A DNA stretch of 64,000 bases, from positions 63,527 to 127,526 of the forward strand of contig CAYTXG010000003.1 of assembly GCA_964441025.1 (NCBI GenBank). Reading direction: 5' to 3'. Made by a program: the position numbers and the translations under genes. A model generated the notes under the pieces. The model saw only the letters and a program-made list of their open reading frames with translations, was not told the DNA's origin and did no database searches. This DNA comes from an uncultured Syntrophomonadaceae bacterium (GTDB lineage Bacteria; Bacillota; Dethiobacteria; DTU022). Shown here in pieces: positions 56,474 to 64,000 of the stretch (its first letter is position 1; each line of letters starts with the position of its first letter).

Positions 56474-57727
56474 CTAAGTCTGCCGCCCCGCAGCCTTGCG
56501 GGCGTAACGGGTCAGATAGATATGGCGCATCCACAGGGCTTTTGCAGGAGCAATCGGCCTAGCGCCGCCGAACAGGGCAGTGCCGATAACCGCCCGGCAG
56601 CCTTTATCAAGAACCTGGACCGCCGCCGCGGCATCGCTTTTTGAGGGGCCGCAGCAGAGGACGCCGCTGCCTTCGATCATGACAGCGCTCCGGCCTCGCA
56701 TTTTTCCGGCGATTAATCCGGCGGCCGCAGGCAGGGGGATATCTGCTGCCGTCCGAACGCTGACACCAACAATTTGTGCAAAGTCATCGAGCAGCGGATA
56801 CACAGTTTGTCCCGTCTGCGAGAGGGCGAGAATGTCCGGCGAAAAAGCATGGGTAACAGCCCCAATGTCCTTGAACCTGCAGTAGAGCAGGCGGTGGATT
56901 TCACTCTCCGGCGGTGCGGCGGTTCTCCCCGGGGATCTTCCCAGGCTGATCCTGATCGAACCACTTTCGCTATCGGGAAAACATCCGTCGGGGCCGACCC
57001 CGGGATAGAGCACAAAGTGATCTCCCTTCCTCTCGCTGCGGTAAAAAAACCGCCTGGCAGATTCCCTCACCAGGCCCCCCTCCGGAGAGCACCCGGCCAG
57101 GTAGCATGCTCTCAGCCCATCCCAATCGCCCTCTTCTCGCCCGCTCAAATACAGGTAGCGGCGTATTATATAATCGGCACAGATCTGTTCCAGCCTGGCA
57201 GCCAGGCTGAAAGCCTCACCGCTGTCTGCCCCCAGGCAGAGCGCCCCGTGGTTGGCCATCAGCAAGGCCTTGCCCTCCGAACGATTGAGCGCAGCTACAA
57301 CGTTTCTTTTCAATTTACCTGTCCCGGGCAGCCCATAAGCGGCGCATGGGATCGTGGAGTCGCCTGCTATTGAAACTGCCCCGGCATCGGCCATCTCTAT
57401 ATCCCGGTGGAGAGCGCTGACCACGGAGGCAAATACCTGGTGGGTATGGACAATAAAGTTGATCCCGGGCCGCCGCCTGTAAATCGCGGCATGTATACCT
57501 TTTTCAGTGGAGGGCTCTATCCCGCCGTCGTAACTGCCGTCGGCAATATTAACCGTAACAATTTCCGCAGGGGTCAAAGCCTCATAGGGCCTGCCGCTGG
57601 GTGTGATCACAAAAAAGTCCCCATCAAGGCGGGCGCTCACATTGCCCCAGGTGCGGGAGATGAGCCCGGAGCCGATCAGCCGCCGTCCCGCCTGAATCAC
57701 ATCTTCCCTGGCCTGCTGCAATTTCAC
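56474..57727 (-). CDS. Tandem class II aldolase/adducin-domain protein (two MtnB/FucA-like domains)
   Basis: Domain 1: SRTWGNVSARL...EKGIHAAIYRRRPGINFIVHTHQ. Domain 2: ESEIHRLLYCRFKDIGAVTHAFSP. GTG start abutting the macro gene stop. Confidence 0.75.
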   Translation of the reverse strand: MKLQQAREDVIQAGRRLIGSGLISRTWGNVSARLDGDFFVITPSGRPYEALTPAEIVTVNIADGSYDGGIEPSTEKGIHAAIYRRRPGINFIVHTHQVFASVVSALHRDIEMADAGAVSIAGDSTIPCAAYGLPGTGKLKRNVVAALNRSEGKALLMANHGALCLGADSGEAFSLAARLEQICADYIIRRYLYLSGREEGDWDGLRACYLAGCSPEGGLVRESARRFFYRSERKGDHFVLYPGVGPDGCFPDSESGSIRISLGRSPGRTAAPPESEIHRLLYCRFKDIGAVTHAFSPDILALSQTGQTVYPLLDDFAQIVGVSVRTAADIPLPAAAGLIAGKMRGRSAVMIEGSGVLCCGPSKSDAAAAVQVLDKGCRAVIGTALFGGARPIAPAKALWMRHIYLTRYARKAAGRQT

Positions 57728-58267
57728 TTATTCCGCCCCGGGCAGCTTTTCAAGCGCTTCCCGGTGTACGGCCAGGTCACTTTCGCTGAACAGGACAAAG
57801 CGAACGGTCTGCACATGTTTAAGTAGAGGCGCAGTTTCAGCAATAGCGCTGCAGGCCACCGCTGCAGCCTCCTTCACGGGGTAACCAAATATACCGGTGG
57901 AAATAGCCGGGAAGCCCACCGATGACAGCTCATTCTCATCTGCCAGCCGCAGGGCGTTGCGGTAGCAGTTGGCCAGCAGTTTGGCTTCGGGCTTATCCCG
58001 GCCGTAAACAGGCCCCAGGCAGTGAATCACGTGGCTGTTGGGCAGCTTATGCCCGCCGCTGATCACAGCTTCGCCGGGCTTGATGGGAGCCAGCGGGCGG
58101 CATTCCGCCTCCAGTCCAGGCCCTGCAGCCCGGTGGATCGCCCCGGCCACACCGCCCCCGCTCCTCAGCCGGGCATTGGCGGCATTTACAATTGCATCAA
58201 GGTCGGGTTGCTCCACAATGTTGCCCCGGACGCACTCAATCACGACACCGGATACTCTCTTTTTCAT
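57728..58267 (-). CDS. Macro-domain protein (ADP-ribose / O-acetyl-ADP-ribose processing, YmdB-like)
   Basis: VNAANARLRSGGGVAGAIHRAAG...GFPAISTGIFGYP. AGGAG RBS before the internal ATG. The track's 260-aa form is over-extended. Confidence 0.75.
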   Translation of the reverse strand: MKKRVSGVVIECVRGNIVEQPDLDAIVNAANARLRSGGGVAGAIHRAAGPGLEAECRPLAPIKPGEAVISGGHKLPNSHVIHCLGPVYGRDKPEAKLLANCYRNALRLADENELSSVGFPAISTGIFGYPVKEAAAVACSAIAETAPLLKHVQTVRFVLFSESDLAVHREALEKLPGAE

Positions 58268-59015
58268 CTGCATCACTCCTGGTTTCAGGTGATATTGAAA
58301 CCGGCTCTCCGCCGATAAGACCGCATCCTTCAGGATCACAAAATATGTGTTCACGGCTTTTTTTTTCAAACGTTTCGCATTTGAGCAGCTCATAATAATC
58401 ATCCCACCGCCGGAAAGGAATTTCCGCGCAGGTGCAGGCCCGGGCGAGGCTGTCGCGGGCGTAGACACCATCGGCATGGGCTGCGGCAAAGCGATCATTG
58501 TCGCCGTCACCCACGTAGATTACCCTGTATCCTTCCTCCCGCAGCCCGATAACATGGGCCGCTTTGCAATTGCCGCAAATTGAGCAGCTCTCATGGGCAT
58601 AGGGCATCAGCACCCTGGCACGCCCCCGGACGAAAAGGGTCCGGTTGCGAAAAATACCGGCAATGTATTCGCTGCATCGGTGCGATTCCAGAACAGGCTC
58701 TATATAGATGCCGAAGCCATCGCTGGCAATGTAAACAGGACGTTTTCGGGATCGGGCAAAGATCAAGAACTCTTTAAAACCGGGCCGCAGGGCCGCTCTG
58801 GCTGCAGCGAATTCCAGCAACCCCTCCTGATGAGCCGGCAGATAAGCAGACATGCGCTCCAGCCACTCTTTCATTCCGAATTCGCCCCGCCTGTAAGCGG
58901 CGCTGCATTCCAGGTAGCGCTCTTTACCAAAATGGCGGGCCAGGTCCGAGGTAATGTCCCTATCCGTTACGGTACCGTCAAAATCGAGAACATAAACAAA
59001 TTTTAATTCCGCCAA
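58236..59015 (-). CDS. HAD-IB phosphatase, MtnX-like (2-hydroxy-3-keto-5-methylthiopentenyl-1-phosphate phosphatase family)
   Basis: LDFDGTVTDRD, Cys cluster CSICGNCK (compare MtnX CGCCKP), VGDGDND. AGGAGGG RBS with TTG start. Confidence 0.65.
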   Translation of the reverse strand: MAELKFVYVLDFDGTVTDRDITSDLARHFGKERYLECSAAYRRGEFGMKEWLERMSAYLPAHQEGLLEFAAARAALRPGFKEFLIFARSRKRPVYIASDGFGIYIEPVLESHRCSEYIAGIFRNRTLFVRGRARVLMPYAHESCSICGNCKAAHVIGLREEGYRVIYVGDGDNDRFAAAHADGVYARDSLARACTCAEIPFRRWDDYYELLKCETFEKKSREHIFCDPEGCGLIGGEPVSISPETRSDADEKESIRCRD

Positions 59016-59179
59016 TAAACATGCACCCTCCTAATATTTTCCTGGCAAGGCACGGGCCTTCCCCCCTACACTATAGTAAATCTTGACGCCTGATTCAAGG
59101 GCGCGGACTGGAAGGGACCCTGGGAAAATGTTATCTACGGGGGATTGACGAAGCAGGCGCAGTCAGGGATACTCAAGGT

Positions 59180-60349
59180 ATGCTCAGATATCCCTTTACA
59201 TTCCCCAAGGTCGGCGGGCGACTGGTCAGGCGGGTAAACCGCTTCGTGGTGGAGGCCGATATTGACGGCCGGCGGGTGCAGGCTTACCTGGCCAATCCCG
59301 GACGGCTGTGGGAGTTGCTTGTACCGGGCACCGCCCTTCTGCTCAGCCCCTCTCTCTCCAGGGGCAGACTCCCATACACCGTGCTGGCCTGTGAAGCAAA
59401 AAACGGCTCTGTCCTGTTGCACACTCACCTGACCAACACCGTTGTCCGCAGCCTCATTGATGATCAAAGACTCCCCCCCTACAGGAATTACCGGATCATC
59501 AAATCGGAACCGGCAGTGGGCGAACACCGTTTTGATCTGCTTCTGGAACAGAGGCAAAGCGGCAAGCGCTATTACCTGGAGATCAAAAGCGTGACCCTTT
59601 TTGAAAGCCAAACAGCCATGTTCCCAGATGCCGTCACCGCAAGAGGCGCCGCCCATCTCCGCCTGCTAAAAGAGCTGACCGGACAAGGCCTTAATGCCGG
59701 TTGCATCTTTGTGATCATGAACCCGCAGGTAAAATATTTTCTTCCCGCCTATCATGTTGATTACATTTTTGCCCAAACCGTTCTCGATGTGAGAGATTCG
59801 GTGCAGCTGAATGCTGTCGCTCTCGGCTTTGACGCTGCCTTTACCGGGGTGACATCCGTCGAAAAGGCGGAAATCCCCTACAGCTTTCTGGAGAGAGAGC
59901 TGCATGACCGGGGAGCATACCTGCTGCTGCTGTACATGGATGGGCGAAAAGTGATCGCCTTGCCGGACGGAAAGGATCTGGAACTCCAGGAAGGCTGCTA
60001 TGTATATGCCGGCCGGGCGTCAGCAGATCTGATGAGCGAGATGGCCCGCCACAGACGAAAAAAGAAGAAGAAAAGGGCGCCCATCGATTACCTGACTGCT
60101 GCGGCCGATAGGATCACCCCTGTACCGATAATCACCGGCGAGAACCTGGAGCACCAGTTGGTTGCCGGTCTGGAGGAAATGGGCGGCAAAGCTGTGGAAT
60201 GGTCCGGCTCCCCGGGAGCCCAAAACAGCAGCAGGCTATTTTACTTTGCCGCGGATCCCCTGCACAACCGCGCCTTCATTGATCTGATCCTGCATTATCG
60301 AATCGGCAGGCCTGAGCAGAGACTAATAGCCCGAAAGAATGTGCCCTGA
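59180..60349 (+). CDS. sfsA: SfsA nuclease-family protein fused to a C-terminal DUF123 / GIY-YIG-like domain
   Basis: N-terminal ~235 aa: RVNRFVVEADIDGRRVQAYLANPGRL...IFAQT (SfsA). C-terminal ~150 aa: GCYVYAGRASADL...ARHRRKKKKKRAPIDYL (DUF123-like). Confidence 0.7.
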   Translation: MLRYPFTFPKVGGRLVRRVNRFVVEADIDGRRVQAYLANPGRLWELLVPGTALLLSPSLSRGRLPYTVLACEAKNGSVLLHTHLTNTVVRSLIDDQRLPPYRNYRIIKSEPAVGEHRFDLLLEQRQSGKRYYLEIKSVTLFESQTAMFPDAVTARGAAHLRLLKELTGQGLNAGCIFVIMNPQVKYFLPAYHVDYIFAQTVLDVRDSVQLNAVALGFDAAFTGVTSVEKAEIPYSFLERELHDRGAYLLLLYMDGRKVIALPDGKDLELQEGCYVYAGRASADLMSEMARHRRKKKKKRAPIDYLTAAADRITPVPIITGENLEHQLVAGLEEMGGKAVEWSGSPGAQNSSRLFYFAADPLHNRAFIDLILHYRIGRPEQRLIARKNVP

Positions 60350-60473
60350 AAATTGAACCGCCATCGCGGGCCGGGGTGGAACCCGGCCCCTACAAATTCA
60401 ACCGTTGTATCCCCGCGGACAGAATGTAATGCCGCCCTGCTCGCTTGACCGCTGCCGGCTGCACCTTCAGAAC

Positions 60474-60492
60474 GAGTCAAAGTCACCGTCCC
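60474..60492 (+). repeat. Dispersed repeat GAGTCAAAGTCACCGTCCC (copy 2)
   Basis: 19/19 identical to the reverse complement of 40207..40225. Confidence 0.5.
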
Positions 60493-60508
60493 TGTAACTC
60501 ACGGCTGC

Positions 60509-61195
60509 TCAGCTATGTTCCTTCTCTCCAGCCAAAGTCACCGTCCCCGCGGCTGGTTTGAAGTAGAGGGCGCCGCTGGGGCAGGATTCAACGCAAAGGC
60601 CGCATTCATTGCAGCCGGAACGGGCCAGGCTGACATCCTGAAATGTAGTCACCACGCGCCTGATGCCGCGGCGGGAAAAACCAAGGGCGCCTATCTTGGC
60701 CACCTCGCGGCAGATCCAAACGCAGCGACCGCAGAGAAGGCAACGGCTGCGGTCAAACACAAAGGTTCCAGCGCTGTCATCAACATGGGAATCATATTCC
60801 AGCGGCGCCAGGCGATCCAGCTTCATCTTCAAACCTCTTGCCTTTGCAATTTGCAGCAGCGAGCAGCTCTTTCTTCTCGGACAGCTTCCGCATCCAAGGC
60901 GGTGATTGCTCAGAAGCAGCTCAAAGGCGCTTTTCACCAGGCGGTCCACCTGCGGGCTCCGCGTCCGCACGGAAAGGCCCTCTTTGACAGGCAGCGTGCA
61001 GGAGGTAACGGGCTCGTCGCGGCCTTCAACCTGGACATAGCAGAGGCGGCAACTGCCCGAAGGGTGATCCTTCCCTTTAATGGCACAGAGATTGGGAATA
61101 AAGATACCGTTGTCCAGCGCCACCCAGAGCAGCTTCGCTCCTTCGGGAGCGGTGATTTCGCGGCCGTCAATAATAATAGTGACCCCTTTGCTCAT
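60509..61195 (-). CDS. NuoG / HydA / FdhA N-terminal-fragment-like Fe-S protein ([2Fe-2S] + His-ligated [4Fe-4S] + 2x[4Fe-4S]) with no catalytic domain
   Basis: MSKGVTIIIDGREITAPEG...C..C..C. NHRLGCGSCPRRKSC. CLLCGRCVWIC and CNECGLCVESCP. Start ATG overlaps the NuoF-like stop (ATGA). Confidence 0.8.
   Translation of the reverse strand: MSKGVTIIIDGREITAPEGAKLLWVALDNGIFIPNLCAIKGKDHPSGSCRLCYVQVEGRDEPVTSCTLPVKEGLSVRTRSPQVDRLVKSAFELLLSNHRLGCGSCPRRKSCSLLQIAKARGLKMKLDRLAPLEYDSHVDDSAGTFVFDRSRCLLCGRCVWICREVAKIGALGFSRRGIRRVVTTFQDVSLARSGCNECGLCVESCPSGALYFKPAAGTVTLAGEKEHS
60533..60548 (+). repeat. Dispersed repeat CAAAGTCACCGTCCCC (copy 3), inside the 3' end of the Fe-S protein gene
   Basis: Shares the 15-mer CAAAGTCACCGTCCC with the copies at 40.2 kb and 60.47 kb. 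Confidence 0.5.
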
Positions 61196-63111
61196 GAGCC
61201 CTTCCTCTCTTTCTCCGCCAGCAGCCCGGGCGGCGACAGCTTGATCACGGCGTTGTAGTCGGGTGGGCAGGTCTTCAGGCAGTTGTCGCATTTGACGCAC
61301 TTGTCCTGGTCAATGGCTTTAAGGCCGTCATCGCGGGTAAAGACCGCCTCGGTGGGGCAACTGCCCACGCAGACGCTGCAAAGCTTGCTGCACATCTGCG
61401 GTTCAATATAGTAGACAATGAGCTCCTTGCACATGAGCGCCGGGCATCGTTTCTCCCTGATGTGGATCTCGTATTCATCCCGAAAGTAGCGCAGAGTGGT
61501 CAGGACCGGGTTGGGCGCCGTTGCACCCAGGTTGCAGAGAGAACCGGTGCGAACATCTTCGGCCAGCTCCTCCAGAATTTCCAGAGAGCCGGGCTTGCCC
61601 CGGCCTTCTGTAATGTCAGTTAAAATATCAAGCATCTGCTTTGTTCCCAGGCGGCAGAATGTGCACTTGCCACACGATTCCTTCTGGGTAAACTCCAGAA
61701 AATACCGGGCGATAGCCACCATGCAGTCATCCTCGTCGAGAACAACAAGTCCTCCCGAACCCATAATCGCCCCCGCCTCCTGCAACGAATCAAAGTCGAT
61801 GGGTATATCTAGAGCAGACTCGGGGAGGCAGCCCCCGGAAGGGCCGCCGATCTGGGCCGCTTTGAATTTTTTCTCATTGGCCAGCCCCTCACCAACATCG
61901 AAGATCAGCTGGCGGAGGGTTGTCCCCATGGGCACCTCCACCAGCCCGGTATGAGCCACCTTGCCCACCAGGGAGAAGACGGCGGTGCCGGGGCTGTCAT
62001 CGGTGCCGATGCTCCTGAACCAGTGAGCGCCCCGGTTGAGTATGGGCGGGACATAAGCAAAGGTCTTGACATTATTCAGCACCGTGGGCCGGCCGCGGAA
62101 GCCCGACTGGGCCAGGCGTGGCGGGCGTGTTGCCGGGATCCCCATTTTCCCCTCCATGGATCGGACCAGGGCGGATGATTCACCGCAGACAAAAGCCCCC
62201 GAACCCCGAAATATCTCCATCTCGCAGCTAAAAGAGCTGCCCAGGATATGTTCGCCCAGCAGCCCCCTTGCCCGCGCCTGCTCCAGAGCACGGCGGATCC
62301 GGCTTACGGCAAGGGGGTACTCGGCCCGGATATAAAAATAGCACTTCGCCGCACCCACGGTATAGGCGCAAAGAAGCATCCCCTCGATGACCTGGTGAGG
62401 GCAGGACTCAAGAATGCTGCGGTCCATGAAGGCCCCGGGATCACCCTCATCGCCATTGCAGATAACATACTTTTCACCGGGGCCGGCATTAACGGCAGCT
62501 TCCCATTTCAACCCCGTCGGGAAGCCGGCCCCGCCGCGCCCGCGGAGATGCGACTCCTTCACCGTCTCCAGAACCCGGGCCGGATCTGCCGCCAGAGCCG
62601 AAGCCAGGGCGCTGTACCCGCCCCGAGCGATATAATGATCGATATCCCCGGGATCAATAAAGCCGCAGTGCTCAAGAACTATTTTTTGCTCGTAAACGCC
62701 GCGGGGAAAATCGCTGAAAGTGGGAAAAACATCGTTCGCCTCCAGCGCCACCATAGCGAATTCATAGCAGGGATCATCATGGATTAAAAAATCTTCGACC
62801 AGCCGCCCGGCCAGGTCCTCGTCCGCATAACCATAACAGAGGGAGGGGAAACCGGGCTTGGAAATAATCACCAGCGGCTCGGCATAGCAGTGGCCCATGC
62901 AGCCGACCTCGATCACTTTAGCCGCAACGCCCTTTTCTTCAATAATCCCGGTAAAAGCATCTTTTACCTGCACAGCGCCGGCGGCGATGCCGCAGGTAGC
63001 CGTTCCCACGCGGATCACCGGCTCATCATAAAGGGCCTTTTTCGCGGCGGCGGCATCGCGCTCCAGCTTGCCGTATCTTTCGCGGATGGCGGAAAGCTGA
63101 TCCCCCGTCAT
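61192..63111 (-). CDS. NuoF-like NAD(H)-binding flavoprotein subunit (HydB/HndC type, with N-terminal thioredoxin-like [2Fe-2S] and C-terminal 2x[4Fe-4S])
   Basis: 639 aa. GRGGAGFPTGLKW (FMN site), an NADH-binding Gly motif (CNGDEGDPGAF), ESCGKCTFCR, and C-terminal ferredoxin motifs. Confidence 0.9.
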   Translation of the reverse strand: MTGDQLSAIRERYGKLERDAAAAKKALYDEPVIRVGTATCGIAAGAVQVKDAFTGIIEEKGVAAKVIEVGCMGHCYAEPLVIISKPGFPSLCYGYADEDLAGRLVEDFLIHDDPCYEFAMVALEANDVFPTFSDFPRGVYEQKIVLEHCGFIDPGDIDHYIARGGYSALASALAADPARVLETVKESHLRGRGGAGFPTGLKWEAAVNAGPGEKYVICNGDEGDPGAFMDRSILESCPHQVIEGMLLCAYTVGAAKCYFYIRAEYPLAVSRIRRALEQARARGLLGEHILGSSFSCEMEIFRGSGAFVCGESSALVRSMEGKMGIPATRPPRLAQSGFRGRPTVLNNVKTFAYVPPILNRGAHWFRSIGTDDSPGTAVFSLVGKVAHTGLVEVPMGTTLRQLIFDVGEGLANEKKFKAAQIGGPSGGCLPESALDIPIDFDSLQEAGAIMGSGGLVVLDEDDCMVAIARYFLEFTQKESCGKCTFCRLGTKQMLDILTDITEGRGKPGSLEILEELAEDVRTGSLCNLGATAPNPVLTTLRYFRDEYEIHIREKRCPALMCKELIVYYIEPQMCSKLCSVCVGSCPTEAVFTRDDGLKAIDQDKCVKCDNCLKTCPPDYNAVIKLSPPGLLAEKERKGS

Positions 63112-63647
63112 GAGGCTTCCTCCCCTTTTGTTTCCGCCGCCTTCGCTGCCGGCGGCAGGCTTTCCCCCGTTTCAAAGGAAAGCAGGATCCCATCCACCCT
63201 GGTCGGGGTAACCCGCCCTTCCACATCTTCATCGACAACGACAACGGGAGCCATGGTACAGCAGCCCACGCAGGCTACCCTCTCCAGGCTGAATTCGCGA
63301 TCCGGAGTGGTTTCTCCCTCGTTAATTTCAAGACGTCTTTCAAAGCACTCCATGGCAATGCGCCCGCCGACCATGTAACAGGCGGTACCCATGCAGACTT
63401 TCAGCTGATGTTTGCCCGGGGGATTCAGCCGGAATTGATTGTAAAATGTTGCGGGACCATATACTTCAACAGCCGGCATTTCCAGTGCTTCAGCAATCAG
63501 CTCCATGGCCAGGCCCGGCAGATAACCCAGCTCCTCCTGTACCCGTAGCAGTATGGGGATAAGATTTTCGCGTATTCTAACAGAACCCTCCAGCACTCCA
63601 GCCACGCCTGTCCGAATAAGCTCCTCTTCACCTTCGATTAGCGGCAA
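63108..63647 (-). CDS. NuoE-like thioredoxin-fold [2Fe-2S] subunit (HydC/HndA type)
   Basis: CMGTACYMVGG...ACVGCCTMAPVVVVD. TTG start with AAAAGGGGTG RBS. Overlaps the NuoF-like start (ATGA). Confidence 0.85.
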   Translation of the reverse strand: MPLIEGEEELIRTGVAGVLEGSVRIRENLIPILLRVQEELGYLPGLAMELIAEALEMPAVEVYGPATFYNQFRLNPPGKHQLKVCMGTACYMVGGRIAMECFERRLEINEGETTPDREFSLERVACVGCCTMAPVVVVDEDVEGRVTPTRVDGILLSFETGESLPPAAKAAETKGEEAS

Positions 63648-63763
63648 AAAAACACCCCTTTTCTACGATAGGCTGATAACGCCCCTTGAGGATAATATTA
63701 TTATAACGTATTTAAGGCGGAATGTGGAGACTTATCTCTATTGTTATAAATGTTTTGATTAAA

Positions 63764-64000
63764 TAAACACAGATCAGCTGTCTTCGCGGGCGATAATCCC
63801 GGCCAGGCTGCGGGCCTCCTCCCAGAGTTTGTCCTCCGGGATAGGGGCTTCCAGCATGATCCGGATCAACGGTTCTGTTCCGGAGGGACGGATAAGAATC
63901 CGGCTGTGCCGGCCCAGCCTGCCGCGCAGGGCCTCGACGGCTGAAGTTAAAGCCGGACTGTTTTCCCAGCATTTTTGCGAGGCAACAGGGTGGTTGTACA
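63764..64000 (-). CDS. glmM: Phosphoglucosamine mutase (GlmM), C-terminal ~78 codons; 5' end off the window
   Basis: Reverse translation ...ALRGRLGRHSRILIRPSGTEPLIRIMLEAPIPEDKLWEEARSLAGIIAREDS*. Confidence 0.6.

Noticed and set aside
60295-60486. 63-aa minus-strand ORF downstream of the Fe-S gene
   Set aside because: No RBS. It lies across the hairpin and repeat motifs in a convergent intergenic region and is probably non-coding.

Overview
This is a 64-kb chromosomal window from a high-GC (~60%), endospore-forming Firmicute of the Clostridia type. The evidence is spoIIP, a gerA-type germinant-receptor operon, codY, a LysM-repeat protein with a coat-like sigma-K promoter, and strong Gram-positive RBSs. 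Gene content is mostly core metabolism and stress response: hrcA-grpE-dnaK with a perfect CIRCE operator, an Rrf2 regulator with cysteine desulfurase and Fe-S scaffold, a 640-aa aconitase, acpS, a cold-shock protein, a PAS histidine kinase with a receiver-only regulator, thrC, codY, nagB, a TPP-riboswitch-controlled thiamine-precursor ABC transporter beside thiamine pyrophosphokinase, MATE, sipW, a sirtuin, a lipid-metabolism cluster (fadD, membrane alpha/beta-hydrolase, EamA), msrAB, an Ogt-like protein, meso-DAP dehydrogenase, and a NuoE/NuoF-like flavoprotein operon. There are no rRNA or tRNA genes, CRISPR arrays, transposases or integrases. The less ordinary items are: (1) a T-box leader in front of an uncharacterised COG2984-type ABC transporter; (2) a three-gene NuoE/NuoF/NuoG-N-terminal-fragment operon with ATGA-coupled genes and no catalytic partner nearby; (3) an MtnX-like HAD / macro-domain / tandem class-II-aldolase operon; (4) a permease / ComEC-like MBL nuclease / DUF3006 operon whose last gene has a non-canonical (CTG) start; (5) an HTH-Uma2 nuclease fusion and an SfsA-DUF123 nuclease fusion; (6) an Ogt/MGMT homologue whose catalytic Cys is replaced by Thr; (7) several families of short dispersed or tandem repeats that overlap or abut gene 3' ends, namely a GGAGG-rich 35-mer, a CAAAGTCACCGTCCC family, and 201-bp tandem repeats inside the LysM gene; and (8) a small signal-peptide ORF absent from the ORF track immediately upstream of sipW. 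All calls rest on reading the sequence and translations by eye; no database searches were run.
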